Notes under the pieces: generated by a model
What the model saw: the letters and a program-made list of their open reading frames with translations, nothing else
What the model was told of the DNA's origin: nothing
Databases searched by the model: none
Program-made: the position numbers and the translations under genes
In this document: positions 26,641-37,651 of the stretch, in pieces
Position numbering within the stretch: position 1 is the stretch's first letter
Layout: the number at the start of each line of letters is the position of its first letter
NCBI GenBank assembly: GCA_964364715.1
Contig: CAYING010000003.1
Location: 3,764-67,763 of the forward strand
Reading direction: 5' to 3'
Source: an uncultured Planctomycetales bacterium
GTDB lineage: Bacteria; Omnitrophota; Gorgyraeia; Zapsychrales; GWA2-47-8
Length of the DNA stretch: 64,000 nt

Positions 26641-27639
26641 TTACAAAATAGTTCGGTAAGTCTTCAAAGCCCGCATATAATACGCCCGCTCAAATGACCC
26701 CGGGCTGGCGCAAGATTTCTGGCTCATACTCCCCTGCATCTGAGCAACGGAATCGTATTCGTGCTCTTCCATCCATTGCTCCAGTTCCTTTAAGATGGAA
26801 CGGAGTTCACTGATCCCATTTTTCAATAAAATAGAGCACATCATGGCCACATCCGCTCCGACCATCAGCATTTTAATAACATCGGCCGCCGAATGGACCC
26901 CGCTGGTCGCCGCCAAGCTTGCCTTGATCTGTTTGTGAAGGATCGCGATCCAGCGCAGCGGAAGCCGCATGGCCTGCGGCGTACTCAAAAGAATATTGGG
27001 CAAGATCTCTAAATTATCCAAATCTATATCCGGCTGGTAAAACCGGTTGAACAGGACCAGGGCATCGGCTCCGGCGTCGTCAAGGCGTTTGGCCATATTG
27101 GCCATGGAGCTGAAAAACGGCCCGATCTTTACGGCGACCGGGATCTTCACGTTCGATTTTACCGACTTAAGGATGTTTAAATATTTCTCTTCAACTTCGG
27201 CTGAACCGACGTTAATGTCGGTGGGAATAAAATAAATATTCAACTCCAAGGCATCCGCCCCCGCCTGCTCGATGAGCTTGGCGTAACGCGTCCATCCTCC
27301 GTCGGAATAACCGTTCAGGCTGGCGATCACGGGGATGCCGACCGATCTTTTCGCCTTAGCGATATGGTCCAGATATTCTTCCGGCCCGATGATCAGATCA
27401 GCCGGTTCAGGAAAATAGGTCAAGGACTCCGCGAAACTATCCGTCCCCTGAATGGAATAATTATAGAGTTCATACGTTTCACGCGTGATCTGCTCCTCAA
27501 AAATGGATTCATTAACGATCGCGGCGGCCCCCGCGTCTTCCAATTTTTTGAAATTATCCAGATTCTTCGTCAGCGGTGAGGCCGAGACCACCAGCGGATT
27601 TTTTAATTTCATTCCCATATAGCGTGTTGTAAGGTCCAT
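26641..27639 (-). CDS. Dihydroorotate dehydrogenase-like TIM-barrel flavoprotein
   Basis: PyrD-family segments (GADALELNIYF, PVAVKIGP, GADALVLFNR, ATSGVHSAADV). Confidence 0.65.
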   Translation of the reverse strand: MDLTTRYMGMKLKNPLVVSASPLTKNLDNFKKLEDAGAAAIVNESIFEEQITRETYELYNYSIQGTDSFAESLTYFPEPADLIIGPEEYLDHIAKAKRSVGIPVIASLNGYSDGGWTRYAKLIEQAGADALELNIYFIPTDINVGSAEVEEKYLNILKSVKSNVKIPVAVKIGPFFSSMANMAKRLDDAGADALVLFNRFYQPDIDLDNLEILPNILLSTPQAMRLPLRWIAILHKQIKASLAATSGVHSAADVIKMLMVGADVAMMCSILLKNGISELRSILKELEQWMEEHEYDSVAQMQGSMSQKSCASPGSFERAYYMRALKTYRTIL

Positions 27640-27669
27640 ACTTCCTCCCTGCCCCGCCTGTGGCGGGGC

Positions 27670-30600
27670 TCAAACTTTTGATTGCTCTGCCGGCGCGGGG
27701 GCATCATGGGTTTCCGCGGCCATCGCTTGATAGACCGCCCATCGGTCAAATATATCGTCCTGCGCCAGTGCCATCAATTGCTTGGCTCTCTCGGGATGGG
27801 TTTTAGCCAGCATCCGGAAACGGTTCTGCCGGTCGGCATATTCTTTGAACGGGATCTTCGGCGACTCTGAATCCAGGATCAGCGGATTCTTTCCTTGCTG
27901 GGCAAGCTCAGGGTTATAGCGGAACAACGGCCAATATCCGCTTAAGACAGCCGCTTTATGGTCCTGAAGGGCTTGCGTCATATTGATCCCGTGGGCGATG
28001 CAGTGAGAATAGGCGATGATCAGGGATGTGCCCTCGTAACGTTCAGCCTCGAGAAAGACTTTTAAAGTGTGTTCATCCTTGGCCCCGAAGGCGACCGCGG
28101 CCACATAAACATTCCCGTAGGTCATGGCAATGCGCGCCAGGTCTTTTTTAGGAGATGATTTTCCCGATGAAGCAAATTTGGCCACCGCGGAACGGGGAGT
28201 GGCCTTCGATGATTGCCCGCCGGTGTTGGAATAGACTTCCGTGTCCAAAACCAAAATATTGACATTGCGCCCGGCCGCCATCACATGGTCAAGCCCGCCG
28301 AAGCCGATGTCATACGCCCACCCGTCGCCGCCGATGATCCATACGCTCTTTTTAACCAATGTGTCGGCGAGGCTCATAAGCTGCGCGGCTTCGGGAGATC
28401 TTATTTTTCTGATCTTTTCTTTAAGGATCTCGACGCGCTTACGCTGTTCAAAAATATCCGCCTCATCTTTTTGCGGTGATCCCAGGATCGCCTGGATCAA
28501 TTCCGTGCCGATGTGCGATTCCATACCTTTAAGCAACTCTCCCGCGAATTGCTGCTGTTTATCCAAAGCAAGACGGAAGCCAAAACCGAATTCGGCATTG
28601 TCCTCAAACAAAGAATTCGACCAGGACGGCCCCCGCCCTTCTTTATTTTTTGTCCATGGGGTCGTGGGTAAATTCCCGCCGTAAATGGACGAGCATCCGG
28701 TCGCGTTGGCGATCATGGCCCGGTCACCGAAGAGCTGGCTCATTAATTTCAGATAAGGCGTCTCCCCGCAGCCGGAACACGCGCCGGAGAATTCAAATAA
28801 AGGCTCTAAGACCTGGACGCCGCGGACCGAATTCTGTTTGACCTGCGAACGGTCCATTTCCGGAAGATTTAAAAAGAAATCCCAATTTTGTTTTTCCGCT
28901 TCTTTTAACGGCGGCTGGGGATTCATGTTGAGAGCTTTTAATCTTGTTTCGGATTTATTCTTGACCGGACAAACCTCGACGCACAAACTGCATCCGGTAC
29001 AATCTTCCGGCGCCGCCTGGATCGTATAGGCCTTCCCCTGAAATTCACGGTCACGGGCGGCAACAGTTTTAAAAGTCTTCGGCGCCTCCGCGGCCAAGCC
29101 GGTTTCATAAACTTTAGAGCGGATAACCGAATGCGGGCAGACAAAAACACACTTTCCGCATTGGATGCATATGCTCTCATCCCAGACCGGGATCTCCAGA
29201 GTGATATTGCGTTTTTCATATTTTGCCGTCCCGACCGGATAAGTCCCATCCGCCGGCAAAACGCTCGTCGGGATCTGATCACCGCAGCCGACCATAATCC
29301 GGGCGGTCAATTTCTTGACGAATTCCGGCGCGGACGGTGATACCGCCGCCGGCTTCTCAATTGTGCTCGTGGCCTTTTGCGGGACTTCGATCTTATGCAG
29401 ATGAGCCAAGGCGTGATCGACCGCGTCATAATTCATCCGCACGATCTCCTCGCCTTTTTTGCTGTATGTTTTTTCGATATATTTCTTAATGGCATTGATC
29501 GCTTCTTCCTTAGGAAGGATCCCGGAGATGGCAAAGAAACATGTCTGCATAATGGTATTGATCCGTCCGGCCATACCGGATTCATACGCCACTTTATATC
29601 CGTCAATAACATAAAATCGGCATTTCTTGTCGATGATCTGCTGCTGGACATCGCGCGGAAGTTTATCCCAGGTCTTATCCGCTGCGATAGGGCTGTTGAG
29701 CAAAAATACCCCGCCTTCATCCAGCTTCTCGAGGACATCGTATTTTTCCAGGAATCCAAAAGCATGGCATCCCACAAAGTTAGCCCGGCTCACCAGATAA
29801 GAAGAATGGATCTGTTTAGGCCCAAAACGTAAATGCGAAACCGTGATCGACCCGGATTTCTTTGAATCATAAACAAAATACCCTTGCGTGAAATAATCGG
29901 TATTCTCGCCGATGATCTTGATGGTGCTTCTATTGGCGCTGACCGTTCCATCCGAGCCGAGCCCGTAAAAAATAGCCCTGACTCCCGTCGGGCTTTCGAT
30001 CGTAAAATCCTCATCATAGTCAAGGCTGGTCTGGGACAGGTCATCATTAATACCAACGGTAAAATGATTCTTCGGCTGCTTCTTGGCCGTCTCATCATAA
30101 ACCGCCTTGATCATCGCCGGCGTAAATTCCTTGGACGATAAGCCGTACCGCCCGCCGATGACAACCGGCAATTTCTTGAATTTACCGCTGCCGGCCTCAT
30201 AGAGCGCGCCGATCACGTCGAGATAAAGCGGTTCACCGACGCCGCCCGGTTCTTTCGTGCGGTCCAGGACAGCTAACACCTCTACGCTGGAAGGCAACTC
30301 CTGGATAAAATCCTTAATCGAAAATGGACGGAAAAGCCTGATCTTCAACAAACCCACCTTCTCGCCTTTAGCGGTCAATTTGTCGACGGTATCCTGCGCC
30401 GCCTCCGCGCCCGAACCCATGATCACAATGACCCGTTGAGCATCCTGCGGCCCATAATAATCAAATAATTTATATTTCCTCCCGGTCAATTGAAAAAATT
30501 TGTCCATCGACTTCTGGATGATCCCTGGGCAAACGGCATAATACGGATTGACCGTTTCGCGGGATTGAAAATAAACATCGGGATTTTGCGCGGTCCCGCG

Positions 30601-31245
30601 GATGACCGGCCGGTCCGGCGACAAGCCTCTTAAGCGATGCGCCAGGACCAGAGATTCATCGATCATGCTTCTGATCTGTTCATCGCTGACCGGTTCGATC
30701 TTGGCTATTTCATGAGAGGTGCGGAAACCATCGAAAAAATGAATGAAGGGAATGCGGGACTCTAATGTTGCGGCATGCGAGATGAGAGCAAAATCCATGA
30801 CTTCCTGTACGCTCGACGAGCACAACATCCCGAAACCGGTCGCGCGCGCCGCCATGACGTCGGAATGGTCCCCGAAAATCGACAGCGCCTGCGTGGCCAA
30901 CGACCGCGCCGCGACGTGAAAGACCGTCGGGGTCAATTCTCCGGCGATCTTGTACATATTCGGGATCATCAAAAGTAATCCCTGCGAACAGGTAAAGGTC
31001 GTGGTCAAGGCCCCGGTCTGTAACGCCCCGTGAATCGCGCCGGCGGCGCCGCCCTCGCTCTGCATCGGCTGAACCAAGGGAACCGTTCCCCAGAGATTTT
31101 TTTCGTCAGCCGCCATCAATTCGTCGGCTTTCTCTCCCATAGGCGAAGAAGGCGTAATGGGATAGATCGCGATCACCTCACTGACCTTAAAGGCGATCGC
31201 CGCGGCTGCTTCATTCCCTTCCACAATGACAAATTTATTTCTCAT
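27670..31245 (-). CDS. por: Pyruvate:ferredoxin (flavodoxin) oxidoreductase, single-chain PFOR
   Basis: 1191 aa. Ferredoxin-domain motifs CIQCGKCVFVCP and CTGCSLCVEVCP. TPP-binding GGDGWAYDIGFGGLDH. Confidence 0.95.
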   Translation of the reverse strand: MRNKFVIVEGNEAAAAIAFKVSEVIAIYPITPSSPMGEKADELMAADEKNLWGTVPLVQPMQSEGGAAGAIHGALQTGALTTTFTCSQGLLLMIPNMYKIAGELTPTVFHVAARSLATQALSIFGDHSDVMAARATGFGMLCSSSVQEVMDFALISHAATLESRIPFIHFFDGFRTSHEIAKIEPVSDEQIRSMIDESLVLAHRLRGLSPDRPVIRGTAQNPDVYFQSRETVNPYYAVCPGIIQKSMDKFFQLTGRKYKLFDYYGPQDAQRVIVIMGSGAEAAQDTVDKLTAKGEKVGLLKIRLFRPFSIKDFIQELPSSVEVLAVLDRTKEPGGVGEPLYLDVIGALYEAGSGKFKKLPVVIGGRYGLSSKEFTPAMIKAVYDETAKKQPKNHFTVGINDDLSQTSLDYDEDFTIESPTGVRAIFYGLGSDGTVSANRSTIKIIGENTDYFTQGYFVYDSKKSGSITVSHLRFGPKQIHSSYLVSRANFVGCHAFGFLEKYDVLEKLDEGGVFLLNSPIAADKTWDKLPRDVQQQIIDKKCRFYVIDGYKVAYESGMAGRINTIMQTCFFAISGILPKEEAINAIKKYIEKTYSKKGEEIVRMNYDAVDHALAHLHKIEVPQKATSTIEKPAAVSPSAPEFVKKLTARIMVGCGDQIPTSVLPADGTYPVGTAKYEKRNITLEIPVWDESICIQCGKCVFVCPHSVIRSKVYETGLAAEAPKTFKTVAARDREFQGKAYTIQAAPEDCTGCSLCVEVCPVKNKSETRLKALNMNPQPPLKEAEKQNWDFFLNLPEMDRSQVKQNSVRGVQVLEPLFEFSGACSGCGETPYLKLMSQLFGDRAMIANATGCSSIYGGNLPTTPWTKNKEGRGPSWSNSLFEDNAEFGFGFRLALDKQQQFAGELLKGMESHIGTELIQAILGSPQKDEADIFEQRKRVEILKEKIRKIRSPEAAQLMSLADTLVKKSVWIIGGDGWAYDIGFGGLDHVMAAGRNVNILVLDTEVYSNTGGQSSKATPRSAVAKFASSGKSSPKKDLARIAMTYGNVYVAAVAFGAKDEHTLKVFLEAERYEGTSLIIAYSHCIAHGINMTQALQDHKAAVLSGYWPLFRYNPELAQQGKNPLILDSESPKIPFKEYADRQNRFRMLAKTHPERAKQLMALAQDDIFDRWAVYQAMAAETHDAPAPAEQSKV

Positions 31246-31419
31246 AATACTTCCCAGGTTGAATTCCGGCCTCTTAATAGACCAAAAAGGAATTTCTTTA
31301 GTCTTCTGAAAAAAACATTATGCGGCAGGAAAAGATTTCCGGCCATTCGTAGTAATGGCAGAAAATCTAAGTAGTCCTACGGGTGATTATTCGAGAAATT
31401 GAAATTAACTTCTACCTCT

Positions 31420-32679
31420 TTAACGGCGTCTGCCTCTAAAACCGCCGCTGCTGCGCCCCCGGAAAGGCCTGCGGCTGTTGTAATGGAAACTCTGCTTCAC
31501 GGGCAATGAAAAATTTTCCGAAGGTATCTCCGGATGCTGGGAAATCGGCAATGTCCCCTTGAGGAACCGCTCGATCTTCGAAACATCGTCACGCTGATCG
31601 GACGTCGCGAATGAGATCGCGTGTCCGGGGCTTCCGGCGCGTCCGGTCCGTCCGATGCGATGGATATAATTCTCGGCATCGTCCGGCAGATCGTAATTGA
31701 TCACCAGTTCAATGCCTTTGACATCGATCCCGCGGGCCGCAATATCGGTCGCGACCAACACGCGGTATTTCCCTCGTTTAAATCCTTCCAGCGCTTCACG
31801 GCGCTGACCAAGCGAGCGGTCCGAATGGATCTCCGCGACGCTGTGCCCGTGCTGGCGAAGCGAAGCCGTAATTCTTCTTGCGCCGATCTTGGTCCGGCTG
31901 AACAAAAGGACCGAGCCGCGGAACTGGTGAAGAAGTTTTTCAAGCAAGGCCTTTTTCATTTCTCTTTTCACGATGAACAATTCATGCGTGATCGCTTCTA
32001 ACTTGGTCCCGGACGGCGCGATCTCAATAGAGACCGGTAATTTCATGTGCCGTTTGACGACCAACATAATTTCCTGTGGCATCGTTGCTGAAAAAAGCAA
32101 TGTCTGACGCTCATGCGGAAGAACTTTAAGGATCCGCTCGATCTGAGGCGCAAACCCCATATCGAACATCCGGTCCGCTTCATCTAATATCAATGTCTTG
32201 ATATCGTGCAGATGGACCTTGCGCTGTTCCATCAAATCGATCAGCCGTCCCGGTGTCGCGATGATCACACGCGGCTGAGCGCTTAACGCCCGTAACTGAA
32301 GGTGCATCGACTCTCCGCCGATCAAGACAGCAGTTTTGATATCAAATGGCCGTCCAATCTTGACGAAACTTTCGTCGACCTGGACCGCCAGTTCACGTGT
32401 CGGGACAACGACGAGGGCCCGTTCGCGGTTCTGCGCGAGCCGCTGGATCGTCGGTATGGCGAACGCCATGGTTTTACCCGTACCGGTTTGGGCGATGCCC
32501 ATCACATCCTTGCCTTCCAAAATAAGAGGAATGGCCTGATGCTGGATCGGGGTGGCTTGTTTAAATTTAAGTTTAGCTAACGTTTCGGTGATCTTCGGGG
32601 CAATGCCCAGACCAAAAAAATTGAGATTGGATTGTTCCAAGAAAAACTCCTTTTGATTATGCGCAAACTCGGCAGGCAT
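31420..32679 (-). CDS. DEAD-box ATP-dependent RNA helicase with RGG-rich C-terminal tail
   Basis: Motif I AQTGTGKT. DEAD box. SAT motif. Motif VI HRIGRTGRAG. Confidence 0.9.
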   Translation of the reverse strand: MPAEFAHNQKEFFLEQSNLNFFGLGIAPKITETLAKLKFKQATPIQHQAIPLILEGKDVMGIAQTGTGKTMAFAIPTIQRLAQNRERALVVVPTRELAVQVDESFVKIGRPFDIKTAVLIGGESMHLQLRALSAQPRVIIATPGRLIDLMEQRKVHLHDIKTLILDEADRMFDMGFAPQIERILKVLPHERQTLLFSATMPQEIMLVVKRHMKLPVSIEIAPSGTKLEAITHELFIVKREMKKALLEKLLHQFRGSVLLFSRTKIGARRITASLRQHGHSVAEIHSDRSLGQRREALEGFKRGKYRVLVATDIAARGIDVKGIELVINYDLPDDAENYIHRIGRTGRAGSPGHAISFATSDQRDDVSKIERFLKGTLPISQHPEIPSENFSLPVKQSFHYNSRRPFRGRSSGGFRGRRR

Positions 32680-32890
32680 TCTTAAAGCACGGCTCCAGTA
32701 TACCTTCCAATACTTCAGTTTCCAAATAAAAGATTCTAAATTAACAAAATGCTAAGGATAGAAAAAATTCTTTGTGTGGAACCTGAGGGTTCTTGCGGAA
32801 AAAATTGTTTAAAGAATCCCCCCGCCAAAGGCGGGGGGATAATTCGTACATATGATTTACGAGCGCTTCGCTCCGTAAATCATGCACTCA

Positions 32891-33091
32891 TTACAGCTTC
32901 ACCACATTAGCGGCTTGTTCACCTTTAGGACCGCGGGTGATTTCGAACTCCACCTTTTGGCCTTCATCCAAAGATTTGTAGCCTTCACCCTGGATAGCGC
33001 TGTGATGCACGAAAACATCATTGCCTGACTCCGGGGTAATGAAACCATAACCTTTTTGGTTGTTAAACCATTTGACTGTACCTTTTGCCAT
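32891..33091 (-). CDS. cspA: Cold-shock protein CspA family
   Basis: [18 protein letters not shown] with RNP motifs. The track's 9-aa N-terminal extension is rejected. Confidence 0.9.
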   Translation of the reverse strand: MAKGTVKWFNNQKGYGFITPESGNDVFVHHSAIQGEGYKSLDEGQKVEFEITRGPKGEQAANVVKL

Positions 33092-33258
33092 TTGACAAAA
33101 ACCTCCTTCTTCTAGCATTTTTTTGTCCCTCGGGCCTTAAGGCCTTCATCGGGACAAAGATATTTTGAGCTATAAAAAAAGCCGCAAGGCGATTAATGCT
33201 TCACCTTACGGCTTACAATTTCCATCTCCTTCGACTCACTGCTCAAAATTACATTCAA

Positions 33259-33287
33259 AGTATATATGCCGGCCTTTCGGCTGTCAA
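33259..33287 (-). promoter_or_regulatory. Sigma70-type promoter for cspA (TTGACA-17-TATACT) preceding a ~160-nt structured 5' UTR
   Basis: Minus-strand reading: ttgacagccgaaaggccggcatatatact. An A-rich UP-like stretch lies upstream. Several hairpins lie between the predicted TSS and the RBS AAGGAGG. Confidence 0.5.
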
Positions 33288-33316
33288 TGTTTTTTTATTT
33301 TTTATTTTACCAATGA

Positions 33317-35065
33317 TCATGGCATGATTTTTTGCTTGAATTCCAGCAAAATCCCTTCGGCGGGATAAACTTCCAGCAGATCGGTAAGGACCGCGCGTGC
33401 TTTTGGGATCTCCCCCATTGCCTGGTACGTCTGCAGAAGATACACGCGCGCGCTGAAAAGATCGCCGTCAAACCTGAACGCTTCATTAATGAAATGCAGC
33501 GCCTGCGGGAAATTGTTCTTCAGCAAAAAGGCCTTGCCCAAACTCGCATAGCCCTCGGCATAATCGGGTTTTAATTTTACCGCTTTGGTAAACGCATCGA
33601 TGGCCTTGTCGGGGTCGTTCACATAACATGTCCCGATCTGATGCCACGCAACGTATTCACCGGGAATGGCCCCGGCCAAATATGACTCCGGTTTATTTTC
33701 AATGTACTGACGGTAATGTGCCGCCGCTTCAGGATACATCCGTAACTCTTTGTAAATCGTTCCGAGGATAAGATAGGGATAGGCGCTGTCCGGATAACTT
33801 TGACGCATAGCTTCATGCATCGTAAAATTGTCTTTGTACTTGACGTTAAGTTGAACGGTAAACATCATACACGCGACGACAATCGTTGATTTGGCAATAA
33901 TCCGGTATAGTCTGTAATGTTTGTAGGTTTCGAAAAACCCGGCCGCCCAGCGCGTGAGCATCCCCAGAATCGCGAAGAGACCGATCGACGGGAGATAGAG
34001 ATACCGGTATCCCATCGGGTTGACCAGCGGGATGATGTTCGAGGTAGGCAGATAAGTGCTCCCAAACCAGAGGATCAGAAACGCGAACACTCCGCGTTTG
34101 CTTAAGCTTAATTTGATCCCGCAAAACGCCGCCGCGAGCAAAACGCCGGTAACGCTGAGCATCACGATCATTTGCGGATTGAGCGCGGGCGCGTAAAACG
34201 GGGGAACCACTTTGACGCCCAACGGCCAGACAACCGCCCAAACAGTATGCCCCATCATGTAAAAAAACAAAAACGCCTGCTCGAACACGGCCGGCCCGTT
34301 TAAAACATCCAAGGTCGCGTTGGAAAAAACAAAAAAATAAAGATAAAGGTAGATGCCGGGGATCACCCACCAAAGGATGTACAAACGCGCGTGTTTCCGA
34401 AACGCCCGGGCGGCGTTTGCGGTATTCACGAAAATGATATGATAAACCATGAGCATCGCGGGAAGTGTTATTGCGGTTTCTTTGGCCAGCAGCGCCAAAA
34501 TCATCGCGGCAAGCCCCCCGGCACAAAAGCAGAATTTTTTATTTTCGTCGTAGAGGATAAACGCGATCATGGTCAGACAATAAAACAGGACGGCCAGCAG
34601 GTCCGAGCGGTAACCGATGTTGTTAAGGAGTTCCGCCTGGATTGGGTGGACACCAAAAAGCAGCGCGGCTAATCCAGCCGCGCTTTTGCGCCTTAAAATC
34701 AAAAAGAGCATCCAGTAGACAAGCACGCTGTTAAGAATGTGCAGCAAAAGATTGGTGAAACGCAAGCCGTGCGGATTCAACTTCCAAACGGCAAAGTCAA
34801 GAAAATAACTTAAAGCAGTGACGGGGCGGTAGGCGACACAGCCGGAATAATTGTTCAGTCGTCCCGGCGCAGGTGACCGGCTTAATTCCTCCTGGGTGGT
34901 AATAAAATCCGGCGAGAATATCCGGCCGGCATTGTGCGGATCGCGATAATAACTGTTGCCCACAAACAGCAGAAAGTCATCACCGACAAAACTATTCGAG
35001 AGGGAATTGGCGAATGTTAAAGAAACCAGGCAGACGATAAGGACGATGATTTTGGAATGGCTCAT
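33317..35065 (-). CDS. TMTC/PMT-like polytopic membrane protein with C-terminal TPR repeats (candidate GT-C glycosyltransferase)
   Basis: About 11 TM helices in the N-terminal two thirds. C-terminal TPR-like repeats (YPYLILGTIYKELRMYPEAAAHYRQYI, AIDAFTKAVKLKPDYAEGYASLGKAFLL). Confidence 0.65.
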   Translation of the reverse strand: MSHSKIIVLIVCLVSLTFANSLSNSFVGDDFLLFVGNSYYRDPHNAGRIFSPDFITTQEELSRSPAPGRLNNYSGCVAYRPVTALSYFLDFAVWKLNPHGLRFTNLLLHILNSVLVYWMLFLILRRKSAAGLAALLFGVHPIQAELLNNIGYRSDLLAVLFYCLTMIAFILYDENKKFCFCAGGLAAMILALLAKETAITLPAMLMVYHIIFVNTANAARAFRKHARLYILWWVIPGIYLYLYFFVFSNATLDVLNGPAVFEQAFLFFYMMGHTVWAVVWPLGVKVVPPFYAPALNPQMIVMLSVTGVLLAAAFCGIKLSLSKRGVFAFLILWFGSTYLPTSNIIPLVNPMGYRYLYLPSIGLFAILGMLTRWAAGFFETYKHYRLYRIIAKSTIVVACMMFTVQLNVKYKDNFTMHEAMRQSYPDSAYPYLILGTIYKELRMYPEAAAHYRQYIENKPESYLAGAIPGEYVAWHQIGTCYVNDPDKAIDAFTKAVKLKPDYAEGYASLGKAFLLKNNFPQALHFINEAFRFDGDLFSARVYLLQTYQAMGEIPKARAVLTDLLEVYPAEGILLEFKQKIMP

Positions 35066-35091
35066 AAGACAAACCGGGGCTTAAGCTCGTT

Positions 35092-35496
35092 TCAAATTTT
35101 TGCCAAGCGAAAAAATGCCAGGACGCCGATCAAGTAGGTTGTCAGGGCTAACAAAAGAACCGCATTAAATCCGTAAAACTGCGCGATAAATATCGCCAGC
35201 ATCGAACCCAAGACGCTAAATCCCGCGTTAATGCCCCAGGCCCAAGCGATGGTGGACTCATAGTTTTTGCTGATCAGCTGGAGGCCGCAAGGGAAATAAA
35301 CTCCCAGGCATATTCCAAAAGGCAATAACAGCAAACAAACCAGAAAGATACGGGCCGCGAACGGGAATCCCATAAAGCTGTCAAAGATTTGCGTACCCAT
35401 TAAGACAAAGACCAACAGCAAGAAGCCGAGAACAATTGTTGCCCCCATAATGAGCTGTGAATCGTTAAATTTTCGCTGCCAATAAGGCAGAGCCAA
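35092..35496 (-). CDS. Small polytopic membrane protein, possibly a frameshifted C-terminal continuation of the upstream gene
   Basis: Four hydrophobic helices. Overlaps the upstream ORF by 32 nt in another frame. Confidence 0.45.
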   Translation of the reverse strand: MALPYWQRKFNDSQLIMGATIVLGFLLLVFVLMGTQIFDSFMGFPFAARIFLVCLLLLPFGICLGVYFPCGLQLISKNYESTIAWAWGINAGFSVLGSMLAIFIAQFYGFNAVLLLALTTYLIGVLAFFRLAKI

Positions 35497-37558
35497 GCTT
35501 CATCCCTGAAAACACCAAAAGCGCTGCCAAGGTTATAGAAAGTGAATAAATCGGGCTGCCCAAAAGCAGCCCAAAGCGCTGCATCATTGGTATTTCAATA
35601 AACATAAACCCCAGGCCTAAACAACTAAAATAAATAATAAATGGTTTTAAAAGAGAGGGCGGCAATGTTTTAATCCCGGATTTCTTGAAAAAAAGAAGCG
35701 GCAGAAAGATAAAGATGATGATAAATAGAACGGCTTGTAATAGAACCAACATTTGGCTCATGAAAATCACCGTTCCCGTATGGTGCACGACGGCTACGGC
35801 AAAGGGGTTAAAAAAATTTAATTTATAATATTTGTAAAAGAAGGGATCGTCATCGGTAATAACTGAGATATCAAAAGGGTAAAAATGGGCAAAAACATTT
35901 TCCTTGCCGTCAATAAACGCCTGGGCGTATTGGTCATAATAATTTGTGGTTTCGACGGCGGCGTTATTCTCCCAATTTTCGGTTGGAAAAATCAGTTCGG
36001 TTTCATGGGTTTTAAAATACTCTTTGACGGCTTGCTTTTCTTCCGCCGTGAATGGGGTTTTTTTGATCAAATTGATCGACCAGCGTTTATGCCCTCCGAT
36101 GATAATATGCTTCCAGGGTTCTTGGGCGCCGGCTTCCCGCAAGGCCTGTAAGCAAATAGCATGTAATTTTAGAGTCTCTCGCGGGTAATCGGCAAAAAGC
36201 CAGCGATTAAAATTTATCATACCATCATCGCTAAGGAGTTTCAGATAATCAATGACCGCGTTTTTTGTGTAGAGATAGCTTTCGGCGTAGGCATAAGCTC
36301 CGGTAGAAAGACCGGAAAAAGTATCAACACCGTTCAAAATAATCAGATCATAGCTGTTGGGTTGAAGAGTTTTGACCAAATGGCGGCCGTCAATATTAAA
36401 CACTTTGACGTTGTCGGCGGTATAAATTTGTCCTGAATATTCGTGGAGGCGGCCGCCTTTCGACATTTGTTCAAAGATGGCAGGATTAATCTCCGCGCCT
36501 ACAATGCCGGCCGCTCCATGAGTTTTGGCCATAAAAATATCGCGCCCGCCGCCCGTTCCGATAACAACAACTTTGGGTTCCCGCAGGATCGTGTAGGGAA
36601 CTTCCATGCCTTGCGAAAATAATTTGACTTGGGAATTATATTTTTGCAGTCCATCCGGCGCCATATTATATATCGGAGTCCCGGCAAGAAAATTCGTGGC
36701 AAAATACGAAAATTCCGGCGGCGGGTCAAGGTTAATTTCGAATGTCCCCGCCGAACTGTCAAAAATTGCCTGGCGTATCTGCGGATTTTTAATGCGATAT
36801 ATATCGGTACGTCCTAAGGGGTGCCACTCGGAGAAAAGGGTGTCGTAATCTTCCTTGGGATAGTAGCCCGGGATCCATTCCCAGCCTTTAGCTGGGTCAA
36901 TCGCATATTCTTTGATTTCAGGAACTAGGCGGGGTAGCAGGGCGCCGCATACAACAAAAATCGCAAGCAGGCCCAAGATGATTTGTCTATGATTTTTGCA
37001 TATGAAAAATAATATGGATAAGGCAAGGGTGAGCGAACTCAGCAGAAACAGGGAACGGAAGACCTCCAGCCAATTAATTAAAAAGAAAAACGCGGCCGCT
37101 CCCAAGCCTGCCCCCACGAGGTCAAAAAAATAAAGTTTATTGCTTTCGCTGGGTTTAAGGGAGAAGAAGTACGTTACCAAAAAACCAATAATAACAAAAG
37201 GCAGCATGACGAGCGTGTAAGCCTGGAGCAGCCTGGAGATTGCCGAAAGATTGGCAAAAAGATTCACCAGGTATTCAACGCGCAAAGGAAACCGGATCAG
37301 TAATAGGGTGCTGATGAGAATTATGGCCGACAAGGCCAGGAGGCTTACGGCAACGACCATGCGCTCTTTGAGGCGGAATATTTTTTCCTTAAAGATAAGG
37401 AGAAAATTCGCTCCGATCCCGTAACCTAAGATCGCGAACGGGATAATGATATAGACAATATGATTCCAGGCTTTAAAGTTGAGTATGCGAGTGAAAAAAA
37501 GTTCCAGCAAAATACATACGAAGGATATAAAAAAAATAACAAGGTGGCAGGATGGCAT
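35465..37558 (-). CDS. Spermidine synthase-like (aminopropyltransferase fold) domain fused to N- and C-terminal multi-TM domains
   Basis: Central Rossmann segment VVVIGTGGGRDIF … DLIILNGVD, typical of the SpeE-like fold. Extensive TM regions on both sides. Confidence 0.7.
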   Translation of the reverse strand: MPSCHLVIFFISFVCILLELFFTRILNFKAWNHIVYIIIPFAILGYGIGANFLLIFKEKIFRLKERMVVAVSLLALSAIILISTLLLIRFPLRVEYLVNLFANLSAISRLLQAYTLVMLPFVIIGFLVTYFFSLKPSESNKLYFFDLVGAGLGAAAFFFLINWLEVFRSLFLLSSLTLALSILFFICKNHRQIILGLLAIFVVCGALLPRLVPEIKEYAIDPAKGWEWIPGYYPKEDYDTLFSEWHPLGRTDIYRIKNPQIRQAIFDSSAGTFEINLDPPPEFSYFATNFLAGTPIYNMAPDGLQKYNSQVKLFSQGMEVPYTILREPKVVVIGTGGGRDIFMAKTHGAAGIVGAEINPAIFEQMSKGGRLHEYSGQIYTADNVKVFNIDGRHLVKTLQPNSYDLIILNGVDTFSGLSTGAYAYAESYLYTKNAVIDYLKLLSDDGMINFNRWLFADYPRETLKLHAICLQALREAGAQEPWKHIIIGGHKRWSINLIKKTPFTAEEKQAVKEYFKTHETELIFPTENWENNAAVETTNYYDQYAQAFIDGKENVFAHFYPFDISVITDDDPFFYKYYKLNFFNPFAVAVVHHTGTVIFMSQMLVLLQAVLFIIIFIFLPLLFFKKSGIKTLPPSLLKPFIIYFSCLGLGFMFIEIPMMQRFGLLLGSPIYSLSITLAALLVFSGMKLGSALLAAKI

Positions 37559-37651
37559 CCGTGTCCTTTCGATGGATGATCGCTATGATCGGTTTTATAA
37601 AAAGAGTATAAATATCATCACTCGTGAGAACAATCATTTTTTCAAATAATC

